A stretch of 36,044 nucleotides of DNA from an uncultured archaeon (lineage in GTDB: Archaea; Asgardarchaeota; Lokiarchaeia; Sigyniarchaeales; SOKP01): the NCBI GenBank assembly GCA_964525635.1, contig CAZGJX010000036.1, positions 1-36,044 on the forward strand. Direction: 5' to 3'. The notes beneath the pieces were generated by a model, which was not told the origin of the DNA, searched no databases, and was given only the letters and a program-made list of their open reading frames with translations. This document shows positions 10,815 to 20,429 of the stretch, piece after piece (the first letter of the stretch is position 1; each line of letters begins with the position of its first letter). The translations under genes and the position numbers were made by a program.

Positions 10815-11290
10815 TTAATAATATATATCTTTATTTATTTTTATTTGGATCATATACCCACCTAGCAGGTTCTACTTTAAAAGACCAAACATCTTTAAAT
10901 GGATTTGTATGTTCTATTAATTGTTTAGATTTAAGAATCTCTTGTTCGCCTTTTCTACTAATTTTACGATCCATTGTTCCAAAAATAAAAAAATTATTTC
11001 CAATGATTTTTGGAAATTTTTCTTCACATAGACAAGTAAGAAGATGTTCAAATTTCTCTTTTTTTTACAATAATTAGATCATAATCCGGACAATAATTAC
11101 ACGTCATATTTAATATTATAAAATGATTGGGTTTAACATTTATAACTAAACAATATTTTCTTATTTTGGTTATTATTCTACATTTTGGGCACTTAGTAAA
11201 AGCATACTCTGTATATGGATTTAAAAATAAGTAATATTTTGATTTTAAAAACTTTATATCAGAAAGATATCCTAGGTCCTTTTTTTTCAT
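10815..11290 (-). pseudogene. Cys-rich hypothetical protein, frameshifted in a poly-A run near 11060
   Basis: CPKC...CNYCPD N-terminal part; the alternative frame continues EKFEHLL...FGTMDRK...FKDVWSFKVEPARW to a TAA at 10815. Confidence 0.55.
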
Positions 11291-11318
11291 AAAAATTATC
11301 TTTACTTAGTAAATTTTC

Positions 11319-12621
11319 CTTAGTGTCCTATAATAGTTAAAGTTCACCTCCTTTCTTAATGTATATCTTATAAAAATATAACTCTCGAAAAGTCCAGATA
11401 TGATTTGTAATACCAGCACTTATCAATGGTGTCTGGTCTCTCCATTTCTTCGACTTCATAGGATTACTTATCCGTAAGGTTTGATGGGGACGAATAAAAT
11501 GATAGTAATCAAGAAAAAGATCTAATTGAGATAAGAATAATTCATTTTTTTTGGAGAATTGTAAGGTTTTACGTTGAAATCTACCATTCTGTTGACGAAT
11601 GGTTAGGTTATGTCGTTCAACAAAAGTGGTATTAACAGAATTACTCACATGTAAGTCCAAAAGGATCCCTTTTACCTGAGTTGCTGTTCAAAAAATAAGA
11701 TGAGTATCAATCTTTTTTACTCTACCCTGCTATCGATGTTTATGAACTTGTGCATATACGAGTGTTGGAGGGCTCTCCTTGATGGGCTTTTTTGGACGAC
11801 CCCTCTTTCCATTTTTCGGAAAAACTCTTTCAATACCGTATTCTTCAAGAATGGCAGAAGTAAAATGATCTAATTCATCACTTGTGAAATAGGGGTTTGT
11901 CTCTGAAACTCTATCTTGAAGAATATGGAGCAATTCTCTTGCTTTTGGAAGAGTCCTCTTTCCAACTGTGAACGCTACGACAACTTTATGTATAGAATCA
12001 AAGGCAATCCAAATCCATGCATCTCCTACTTGGCCTTCCAAATATTCAAATTCTGTTAAATTTTTTTGTTTTTTTAATAAAACTCCACATCTCATCTAAT
12101 TGGCATTCTTTTAGGGGTTAGTTCTTTAGGAAGAACCGAGAGACTTGTTCTGAATATGTCCCAAATCATCGAATAATTTTTGTTACAGTATCATGATGGA
12201 CATTGCAGATATGAGCAGTTGCACGTGTACCATTTCCTTCAACAAGACAACGAATAATCGTAAGAATTTTCTCTTCAGGTAAATGAAATCCAAAAAAGGG
12301 AGTTCCTTTTCGTTCAGAAAACGTTTTTTACATGTTTTACATACAAAAAGATTTTGAGATGGTTTTTTCCCATATTTACGTCTAAATAGGATATTACCTT
12401 TCCCTATTATTCCAAATGTTTCACAGTGTTCATTTGGACATGCTAATTCTTTTGATTTTTGCTCCATTAGCTTTTTATATTGCTCTTTATCCTTTTCTTG
12501 TGGGAATTTTATTTCTTGTAGTAACTTATTTTCTATCATATAACTCACCATAAGAAGAGAGGATAAATATTACTATAAAAGAAAGTGATCTAGAGATATA
12601 TAAGAATTATAGGACACTAAG
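11319..12621 (-). mobile_element. IS1-family insertion sequence (1303 bp)
   Basis: 16-bp TIR CTTAGTGTCCTATAAT (11319-11334 / 12606-12621); 8-bp TSD AAATTTTC (11311-11318 / 12622-12629). Confidence 0.88.
11337..12551 (-). pseudogene. IS1-family transposase, fragmented
   Basis: Zn-ribbon ACPNEHC...CKTC; QLDEMW; WIWIAFD; FTSDEL; NTTFVERHNLTIRQ; spread over several frames. Confidence 0.85.
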
Positions 12622-12690
12622 AAATTTTCTTTCTCTATAAAAAATAAAAAATGATAGGGATTACTTTATTCTATAAGGATATTTCTTTGA

Positions 12691-13029
12691 TTCATAACAT
12701 TTACTAAACCAAAATCAAATGATCCAATTTATGATCAATTTTTTAAGCAACTATGTACGTATGCATTTATATTAAAATTGCGTTATGGAAAAACTTCAGC
12801 AAGACTTTTGTTTTATTGGCCCTCTGAAAAGAAGCACAGCAATGCATTAATGGAATTTAGATTTACTGAACAAAATATTGAGATTACAGGAGAATAATTT
12901 GATAATATCGTTTCTAAAATACAAGAAAAACAATTTGCTGTTAAAATCCTCCCAGAATTTAAGGTCTGTAATGAATGTGATTTTAGAATGTATTGTAAAA
13001 ATGAAAATATAATTAAATTTAAAAATTAA
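12691..13029 (+). pseudogene. C-terminal remnant of a PD-(D/E)XK (Cas4/AddB-like, Fe-S) nuclease domain
   Basis: Manual translation gives ...KQLCTYAFIL...LFYWPSE...(TAA at 12895)...KVCNECDFRMYC; QLxxY and CxxCx5C motifs; not in the ORF track. Confidence 0.7.
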
Positions 13030-13061
13030 TTCTTAAATAACATATCAAAAAGTGAAATCAG

Positions 13062-14939
13062 ATGGTAAAAATTGATATTAATAAGATTGAACTTGTTTGG
13101 CCTGCAAAATTCGATGATAAAGGAAAAATAAAAAATATTGATCGTTTATATCTTCCTTTTCAAATAATCGAGAGAATAGATGAGGCACAATCCATTCGTG
13201 AAGCAAAAATAGATGGGGTTCAAAAAACACTTTTTGATTATTGGAATATTAATGAAAATGTAATGGATAAAGAATGGAAAAATAAGTTGATCTGGGGAGA
13301 CAATAAAATTGTAATGAGTTCGTTGCTAGAAAAATTTGCAGGTAAAATTAATCTTATTTACATTGATCCTCCTTTTACTACTGGTGCCGATATTAAATTA
13401 AAAATAAAATTAGGCACAAATAATGAAGAAACAGATAAAGAGCATTCTATTTTAGAAGAGAAAGCATATAGAGATACATGGGGATCGGGTTTCGATTTTT
13501 ATTTAAGATATATGTATGAGAGATTAGTTTTAATGAGAGAGCTCTTAGCAGAAAATGGTTCCATTTATATTCATCTGGATTGGCATGTTGGACATTATAT
13601 TAAATTAATCATGGACGAAATCTTTGGATATGATAATTTTAGAAATGAGATTGTATGGAGATATGGTAAAATGGCTTCTTCTACAAGAAAATTTTTATCA
13701 AATCATGATATTGTTTTATTTTATTCCAAGACTGATAAATTCATTTTTAATCCTCAATTTTTAAAACTCGATAAACCAATCAGACGTTTAGCCAGAGAAG
13801 TAAAAGATGGAAGATTAGTTAATAAAAAAGATAAAAATGGAAAATTAGTATATATTAATAAAGACATTAAAATTATTGATGATGTATGGGATGATATCCC
13901 CATTGTTATGCACGCAAGTCCACAGTTTTTAGATTTTTCTACTCAAAAACCAGAAAATCTTTTAAAAAGGATTATTCTAACTTCTTCTAATCCAGAAGAT
14001 CTTGTTGCTGATTTTTTTTGTGGCTCAGGGACTACATTAGCTGTGGCCGAAAAATTAAATAGAAAATGGATCGGATGCGATCTTTCTCGATATTCAATTC
14101 ATCTTACAAGAAAAAGGTTGCAAGAAATTAAAAACTCAAAGGATCTTATTAAAGAAAAATCTACATATAACAATAAAGTAAAACCTTTCGAAATTATCAA
14201 CCTTGGAAAATATGAAAGACAATTATGGCAAGATAATAGCTTTAGTGGAAAAGATAAACAAACTATATTATATGAATATCTTGCATTTATTTTGAAATTA
14301 TATGGTGCTAAACCTATCATGGGATTTACTTATATTCATGGTAAGAAAGGAAAAGCGTTAATTCATATTGGTTCAGTAAATTCACCCGTTACGATTGAGG
14401 AAATATTATCTAGTATTAAAGAGACTATTCAAGCGGGAACTAATGAACTACACATTCTCGGTTGGGAGTGGGAAATGGGTCTACATGACCTAATCGAAAA
14501 AGAAGCAACAAAGGAAGGAATAAAGTTGGTTTTAAAATTGATATCAAATGAAGTAATAGAAGAAGAGGCGGTTAGAAAAGGAGATGTAAGATTTTTTGAT
14601 TTAGCTTATTTAAAAACAAACACTCATATAAATGGAAAAACTGTTTCTATTGAATTGACGGATTTTGTAATTCCTAATATAGATTTAATTCCTAAAGATG
14701 TACGAGAGAAAATAACAAAATGGTCTGATTATATCGATTATTGGGCTGTTGATTTTAACTTTAAGGAGGATACATTTGTGAATCAATGGACCTCATATCG
14801 AACTAAGAAGAATAGAGTACTTAAATTAATATCTGAATCATATACATATAATGAAAATGGAACATATAAAATTTTAGTTAAGGTAATCGATATATTTGGG
14901 AATGATACATCTCAAGTTTTTGAAATCGAAGTGAAATAA
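13062..14939 (+). CDS. mod: Type III restriction-modification Mod subunit (beta-class DNA amino-methyltransferase)
   Basis: LIWGDN; IYIDPPF; STQKPENLL; ADFFCGSGTT; C-terminal KVIDIFGND. Confidence 0.9.
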   Translation: MVKIDINKIELVWPAKFDDKGKIKNIDRLYLPFQIIERIDEAQSIREAKIDGVQKTLFDYWNINENVMDKEWKNKLIWGDNKIVMSSLLEKFAGKINLIYIDPPFTTGADIKLKIKLGTNNEETDKEHSILEEKAYRDTWGSGFDFYLRYMYERLVLMRELLAENGSIYIHLDWHVGHYIKLIMDEIFGYDNFRNEIVWRYGKMASSTRKFLSNHDIVLFYSKTDKFIFNPQFLKLDKPIRRLAREVKDGRLVNKKDKNGKLVYINKDIKIIDDVWDDIPIVMHASPQFLDFSTQKPENLLKRIILTSSNPEDLVADFFCGSGTTLAVAEKLNRKWIGCDLSRYSIHLTRKRLQEIKNSKDLIKEKSTYNNKVKPFEIINLGKYERQLWQDNSFSGKDKQTILYEYLAFILKLYGAKPIMGFTYIHGKKGKALIHIGSVNSPVTIEEILSSIKETIQAGTNELHILGWEWEMGLHDLIEKEATKEGIKLVLKLISNEVIEEEAVRKGDVRFFDLAYLKTNTHINGKTVSIELTDFVIPNIDLIPKDVREKITKWSDYIDYWAVDFNFKEDTFVNQWTSYRTKKNRVLKLISESYTYNENGTYKILVKVIDIFGNDTSQVFEIEVK

Positions 14940-14944
14940 TTCAA

Positions 14945-15650
14945 ATGGCATCATACATTAATTATGATTGGGAAATACCCCAAATTAAAGATCGAAAAGC
15001 AAATGAAAACCCTGATTCTTTTCTTATTAAGGAAGGGGATAATTATGTCATCAAAATAGGTCGCCGACCAAGTAAGATTTTCCTTGTTGATGGAATAACA
15101 GAGTTCGTTGATAAATGGTCCGGATAAGGATATCCAGGGATTTCAAATATACTAAAACAGCTTCTAAATTATTCGTTTAAACAAAATCACCTTATAAAAT
15201 GGGGTGCTTTTTTATTTTTATTTTGGTCAACAAGAAGCTGGAGAAACAATTATATATCTTTTTGAATATAAAAAATTTAAAGATATTACTGAGGTTATTA
15301 ATGAATATTCACACTTGGAATTAGATCTTGGTCCTGGGAGGAATTTCAACGAATTATCTTTAATACCTCCTTCTTTAAAAAGTAAATGAAATTTTAATAT
15401 AATTCTCCGAGGTGAAAATAAATCTATTTACCCCTCTGGAAATTGATTTTTAACAAATATACAGCAGATTTATGAATCCCGTGAAAAGGAATGGCCCCCT
15501 CAAAATGTAGTAGACTCCATTTTGGGAAAAAAACCCTTAAAAGATTTGTCTATAGGTTCGATTTCTTTTCTAGAGCAAGTAAGAATACTTGATAATTTAA
15601 TGATATTAAATGATGAAACACATCACGTCCATGATGATACGCTGGAATAG
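14945..15650 (+). pseudogene. Type III R-M Res (SF2 helicase) remnant
   Basis: Directly after mod; VDKW..*GYPGIS, YFGQQEAGETIIYL and LMILNDETHH (DEAH-like, about 15600-15630); stops, frameshifts, no Walker A. Confidence 0.75.
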
Positions 15651-15690
15651 TTTTCTACGACAAACAGGTCAATCCATAGTAAAAGCGGTT

Positions 15691-15734
15691 GTGTACTCAT
15701 AGGAAGCCATAATCTTCAGGTTATGGCAGTACAC
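15691..15734 (+). mobile_element. Putative IS200/IS605-type right end (omega-RNA 3' end) remnant
   Basis: Hairpin GCCATAATC-TTCA-GGTTATGGC preceded by GGAA and followed by AGTACAC, which is complementary to GTGTACT at 15691-15697. Confidence 0.5.
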
Positions 15735-16109
15735 TTATATTCTATCAAAGTTTTGAAGTTTTTCTATATAACTCTCTAAATATATTAATTTTAAGCGGGG
15801 TTCTACTACTTGAAGATCTATAAAATGAGAATCTTCGGAAACTAAAACCATATTTTTTTCTACTGTAATTGTCCCAATTAAAATATCAATTATGGGTATT
15901 GGTGTACCATTTTTTCTTAGAAGAAGAGCATATTTTAAACTTTGCTCATAGTGTTTGAAAATAGGATATATAATAGAAATTTCCTCAAATCTAGAAGCAA
16001 TTGGATATTCTATTAAAGAAAAAATAGTTGTAAATGTTAGATCTTTCTTGAAAGGAATAATTTTTAACTTATTACATTTAATTAAAATATTTGTATCAAG
16101 AACCCACAT
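15735..16109 (-). CDS. vapC: PIN-domain VapC toxin
   Basis: VLDTNILI, conserved E, DILIG, SEDSHF. Confidence 0.88.
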   Translation of the reverse strand: MWVLDTNILIKCNKLKIIPFKKDLTFTTIFSLIEYPIASRFEEISIIYPIFKHYEQSLKYALLLRKNGTPIPIIDILIGTITVEKNMVLVSEDSHFIDLQVVEPRLKLIYLESYIEKLQNFDRI

Positions 16110-16115
16110 AAGATT

Positions 16116-16400
16116 CTAACCTCGTTCAAGCTTTTGCTGAGTTTCGATTCTTTCCTTTTCCATTTGTTTAGTCTTTTTATGAAACTTGTGCTCTTCCATT
16201 TCATCTAATTCTTTAATCATATTAAGAACCTCAGGATCCAAGTTTTTTCTAAATTCTTCTATTTGTAATATATCTGTTTCTTCCATTTTTTTAAGATATT
16301 CAATGATTGAATTCCTAAGAATTTCCGTCCACTTGATTTCTGGATGTGCCTTCATCTTTTTGTGAATATCATCATCGATACTAAAAGTAACATTTGTCAT
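16116..16400 (-). CDS. vapB: VapB-type antitoxin (RHH)
   Basis: MTNVTFSIDDDIHKKMKAHPEIKWTEILRNSI, an archaeal RHH antitoxin pattern; directly upstream of the PIN gene. Confidence 0.8.
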   Translation of the reverse strand: MTNVTFSIDDDIHKKMKAHPEIKWTEILRNSIIEYLKKMEETDILQIEEFRKNLDPEVLNMIKELDEMEEHKFHKKTKQMEKERIETQQKLERG

Positions 16401-16615
16401 AAGGAAAATAAGGTATTTCCCTTATTTAAGTATTTTCAGGATAATATCATACATTTAAATATTTTAATGGTAATTACTATTCTTTGAACCGTATTATTTT
16501 AAACTCATAAATACCATTTATTAATAATTTCCATCGTAAATATTTGTTTTAATCTTTTTTTGAGACTATTTAGGTTACTTTAAGTAAATAAATGCTATAA
16601 AATTATAGCAAGTAA

Positions 16616-16725
16616 ATTTCAATCTTCTTTATGAAGTTATTTCTATGATATTATATTTTTCAAATACTTCTTCTTCAATTTTATGAATATTTCAATCTTC
16701 TTTATGAAACCATTTTCTACTCTGC
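16616..16725 (-). CRISPR. Mini CRISPR array: two divergent repeats and one 37-nt spacer
   Basis: Repeats at 16616-16651 and 16689-16725 (73-nt period) share ATTTCAATCTTCTTTATGAA on the + strand; spacer 16652-16688. Confidence 0.72.
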
Positions 16726-17177
16726 ATTTAAACCCGATAAAAGGCAAATTATTGCTGAGATCATGCACGAATGTGTCGCTTATGGGAATCCTCCTTGCTA
16801 GATTGTTCCGATATTATGATTTTCCTGAAACAATAAAAACAAATATGAAGCTCGAGCAAGGGTTCAACAAGGAAAAGCAGAAGTTATACAGCAAGGTTGC
16901 GAAAGCAAACCTGGCTCACATGTTAGCAACACTGGGTAAGGATTAAATATACATCAAAAATTATGCTCCTGAAGAACTTAATATTGATATCGTGAAAGAG
17001 TACTGCGAGGAAGTCATCAAGCAGTTGAGGGCAGTATTGCCTAAGGAGATCAAGCACTCAATGATCCTGAAACGCCCTTGGAGTAGGAAATACCTAGGGC
17101 TTACTATTCCAAACATAACAATACTATCACTAATACGGAAAAAAGGAGGGGTTGTTTTTGTCGGAAACAAAGATTAA
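16726..17177 (+). pseudogene. Truncated gene fragment, possibly a transposase C-terminus, with one in-frame TAA
   Basis: ORFs 16683-16946 and 16992-17177 are in the same frame; locally higher GC; begins abruptly at the CRISPR repeat. Confidence 0.3.
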
Positions 17178-17316
17178 TTTTCAACCTCATAATCAAACCC
17201 TTGGTTGAGAAATTTTTTATTAATCCTCTAACAATTAATATTATTAATCTCAAATCTCATTTTTAAATAATCATTTATAGTAAAATTTTTTCAATTTAAT
17301 TGTAAGGATAACCCAC

Positions 17317-17793
17317 ATGGAAAGGATAGATTTCGAACTAAGCAGAGCAGATCTTGTAAAATTATTTGGTGATACTAAAAAAAGAATGAATCTCTCTACA
17401 CTCTATAATGAGCAAAGAGCATATGTGAGTAAATTACGAATTATATTACATGGTTTTTTGAACTATTTAATTTCAAAAAAAAAATTACCTAAAATAGAAA
17501 GTGGACATGTATTAGACGATGTTGTTCTCTTTCTCCAAGAATATCATTTAGGATATTCGGAGGAAGCTTTAGACGAGATTAATTTTACTGAATATGAATC
17601 TTTCTTTGAATATTTTGTTGCTAAAAAATGGTTCGGAGTCACACCAGAACAAGTTAAATCGCTTTGTCATAGTTTACAAATTTTTGTTGAATTTTTACGG
17701 GAAAAATTAAGTTTTTATCAGAAAGAATCAATTTTCAGAAAAATTTTAGATTCTCTTAATTCAGAACGCTATAAAGATTTGTTAAATCAATGA
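17317..17793 (+). CDS. Hypothetical helical protein with an integrase core-binding (SAM-like) type segment
   Basis: Clean ORF; FFEYFVAKKW...VKSLCHSLQIFVEFL. Confidence 0.6.
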   Translation: MERIDFELSRADLVKLFGDTKKRMNLSTLYNEQRAYVSKLRIILHGFLNYLISKKKLPKIESGHVLDDVVLFLQEYHLGYSEEALDEINFTEYESFFEYFVAKKWFGVTPEQVKSLCHSLQIFVEFLREKLSFYQKESIFRKILDSLNSERYKDLLNQ

Positions 17794-18037
17794 TTTGGGG
17801 TAAAAAGAGTAATACAACAGATTAGAGGGTTTTATTATTAGAAAAAAAGAAAACTATCGGGGAATTTAGAGAATAATAAAAAGAAAACAAGAGTAAATCA
17901 TGAACTATAAAAAGATTTTAAAGAATAAAAAGTTACAATCTCAATTAGCTCGTAAATTTTTAGATAAAGAAAAATAGAATTTAAAGGATTTTTGGTTAAT
18001 TTTCCAAATGAATGATAAATTATAAATTATCCTCTTT

Positions 18038-18545
18038 TTATTGAATCTCAAGAGTGCACCCCTGACTCATTAAATGGGCTAATTCTGGAGTGATTAAATC
18101 GGAATTAATGAAATCACCCCGTATATTCCTGGCTATTTCTACTTTTAATAGCAATTCAGGCTCGTTTCTGATAATTACAAAACCGCGTATCTTATTTTCA
18201 ACTGCAAATATCGTTTTTGGACCAGAAAGCTTCAATAATGATTGAAGAACGCTATTTGAACCTTCTCCCACGTTATTTTGGATTGTCTTTCGGACAAACA
18301 GTTCAAAAATCTCTTGTAATACGGAGATTATTTTTGGGTTTATCTTTTTACTGAATTTAAGCGTCTTTCTATAGGGATCCACCTTCACATATCCTCGCGA
18401 CCCATTATAGAATATTTTAAAAAGCCCTTTCTTTCCATGTTTCTTATTATTATTCGATTTTTTCTTTTTCTTTGATTTTTTTTTTGAACCTTTTGGTCTG
18501 CCGCGTTTCCTCGATGGTGATGGGCTAAGTAGCGTTTTAGAGAGG
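18038..18545 (-). pseudogene. Probable transposase C-terminal fragment
   Basis: RKRGRPKG basic motif followed by stops; QNNVGEGSNS resembles the (T/S)NNxxE motif around the DDE catalytic Glu. Confidence 0.4.
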
Positions 18546-18718
18546 GTATAATAAAATGCTCGCTTACTCCTTTTTCAAAAAAAGGGAATCAATTAATCTC
18601 GATAGCACCATTTTTTTACGAATAATAGTTTCTATTGATACTTATTACGAAATATGAACCTATTCGGATAATAATTTAATATTGAATAGTTTTAAAATTA
18701 AAAAAGGAAGGAAATAAA

Positions 18719-19990
18719 GTGGATGTATATAATTATGATAACGATAGAGAGGATGATACCTCATTTTATGACGAGTTTAATCAGTTAGAGGTAGAATATA
18801 TGTCTTATTTAGAAGGAAAAGGACACAAAAAATCATATGTCGAAAATCAATTAGACTTAATAAAATTTTTTGTAACTCGTTATCTAATTGCTCATGTGGA
18901 TCAGAGTATATTCGAAGTCGATGGATATGACATATACGACTTTTTGGGAAGTTGGTGTGTCCTTAAAGTATATGATCATAAAAAAAGCTCAATTATTCCT
19001 TATCTAAGGGCTTTTAAAAAATTTTTTAATTTCCTTTTTCATAAAAAAAAGATTTCCAAAGACCAGTATATAGATTTAATGGAAGAATTTAATAATCCTC
19101 GTAAATATGTAGAAAAATTTGAGCGATTCATGGACACAGACACTGAATCTGAGACGAGAGCTGATGATTTTGAAGCTTGGTATTATGATGAAAATTTAAA
19201 GAGAAAATATGATCTGAAACATGAGTTAAATTTATTATTGAAATCAGAAAGGGAAAATATTAATAGACTTCCAGAAAATTTAATAGATAAAATCTCAATC
19301 GTAAAAGACTTTAAGACTTTCGGAAATTATATTTCAGGTTTAAATCATGGAATTGGATTGACGCAAAATTTATTCTGTTTGAAAAGAAATGACATTCTTA
19401 AGCTAAACTCACTGATGAGCGAACCTGAAAATTTGAAAAATAATATTATCCAAAAAGAAACCACTCTAATTCACTTCTTATTTTTAGCCTCTAAAAGATT
19501 AGGATTGTTTACTTATTCAAAAAAGATGCATTTAGTTCCAACACTGTTGTATGATAATTATTATTTGAAGCTTTCAAAAAAAGAACAATATTGGTTATTA
19601 TTTCGGGCATTATGGGATAAAATAAATTGGTATCGTTTAAATGAATATAGTCTGAGTGGGAGACCAGATTGGACATATAAGAGTAGATCTATATGTGCTT
19701 TATTCTTTTCTCGCTTAAATGTTGATGAATGGCTATCTTATAAAGATCTCATTGATTTATTTAATGATTTCCATGGTGAAAAAAATATATTTTCCCCAAC
19801 ATGTGGATTTAATTTATTTTGGTTTTTTCGAATAAGGCTCTTTTCATTATTCCAACATTTTGGATGATTTGATATAAATGTTATCAAACAGAAGGAATCT
19901 TGCTATAAGGATTTAAAGTTGAAAGTTAAACCACTTGGGAACAATATCTTTACTATCCTCTCAGAATCAGATTATGTTAAAGCAGATTAA
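18719..19990 (+). CDS. Hypothetical protein with an N-terminal integrase SAM-like domain; probable premature TGA at 19865
   Basis: YMSYLEGKG..KSYVE...IYDFLGSW...YLRAFKKFFNFL; the frame continues 40 codons past the TGA (..VKPLGNNIF..) to a TAA at 19990. Confidence 0.6.
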
Positions 19991-20429
19991 AAAGGAAAGT
20001 TAAATTCATTAAGAAATAGAAACTGGTTGAAATTATCTATATAATCAGATATTCATAGATTAAACCAAGCGAGTCCTAGTTTAGGATCTTCTTCCATTTT
20101 TTAATAAATCTATTGGTTTATTTTATTATTATTGTAATTTAAATAGATTATTAACAATATATTCTTACATATATTTTCTCAGTTGATGTGTTTGGATGAG
20201 TAAAATAATTATTCGAACTTCGAATAATAATTTGGAAAAATGCTTTTTGGTGATAACAAGAATTCGAAGTGATTTCATTTTTTAATGATTCTCGTCAGGT
20301 CCATTATAAAGTTCAAGTCTCATTATAACATTTACATGCCTCTTCTATTAATAAATTATAAATATAAAAAATTTGATGAAAAAATAAGTTCGAACTCCCT
20401 TCTTAAATAAAGTGAAAAAAGGAAATATA

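Noticed and set aside
12691-13029. Remnant as a true CRISPR cas4
   Set aside because: No cas1/cas2 nearby and it abuts mod; more consistent with a helicase- or R-M-associated nuclease domain
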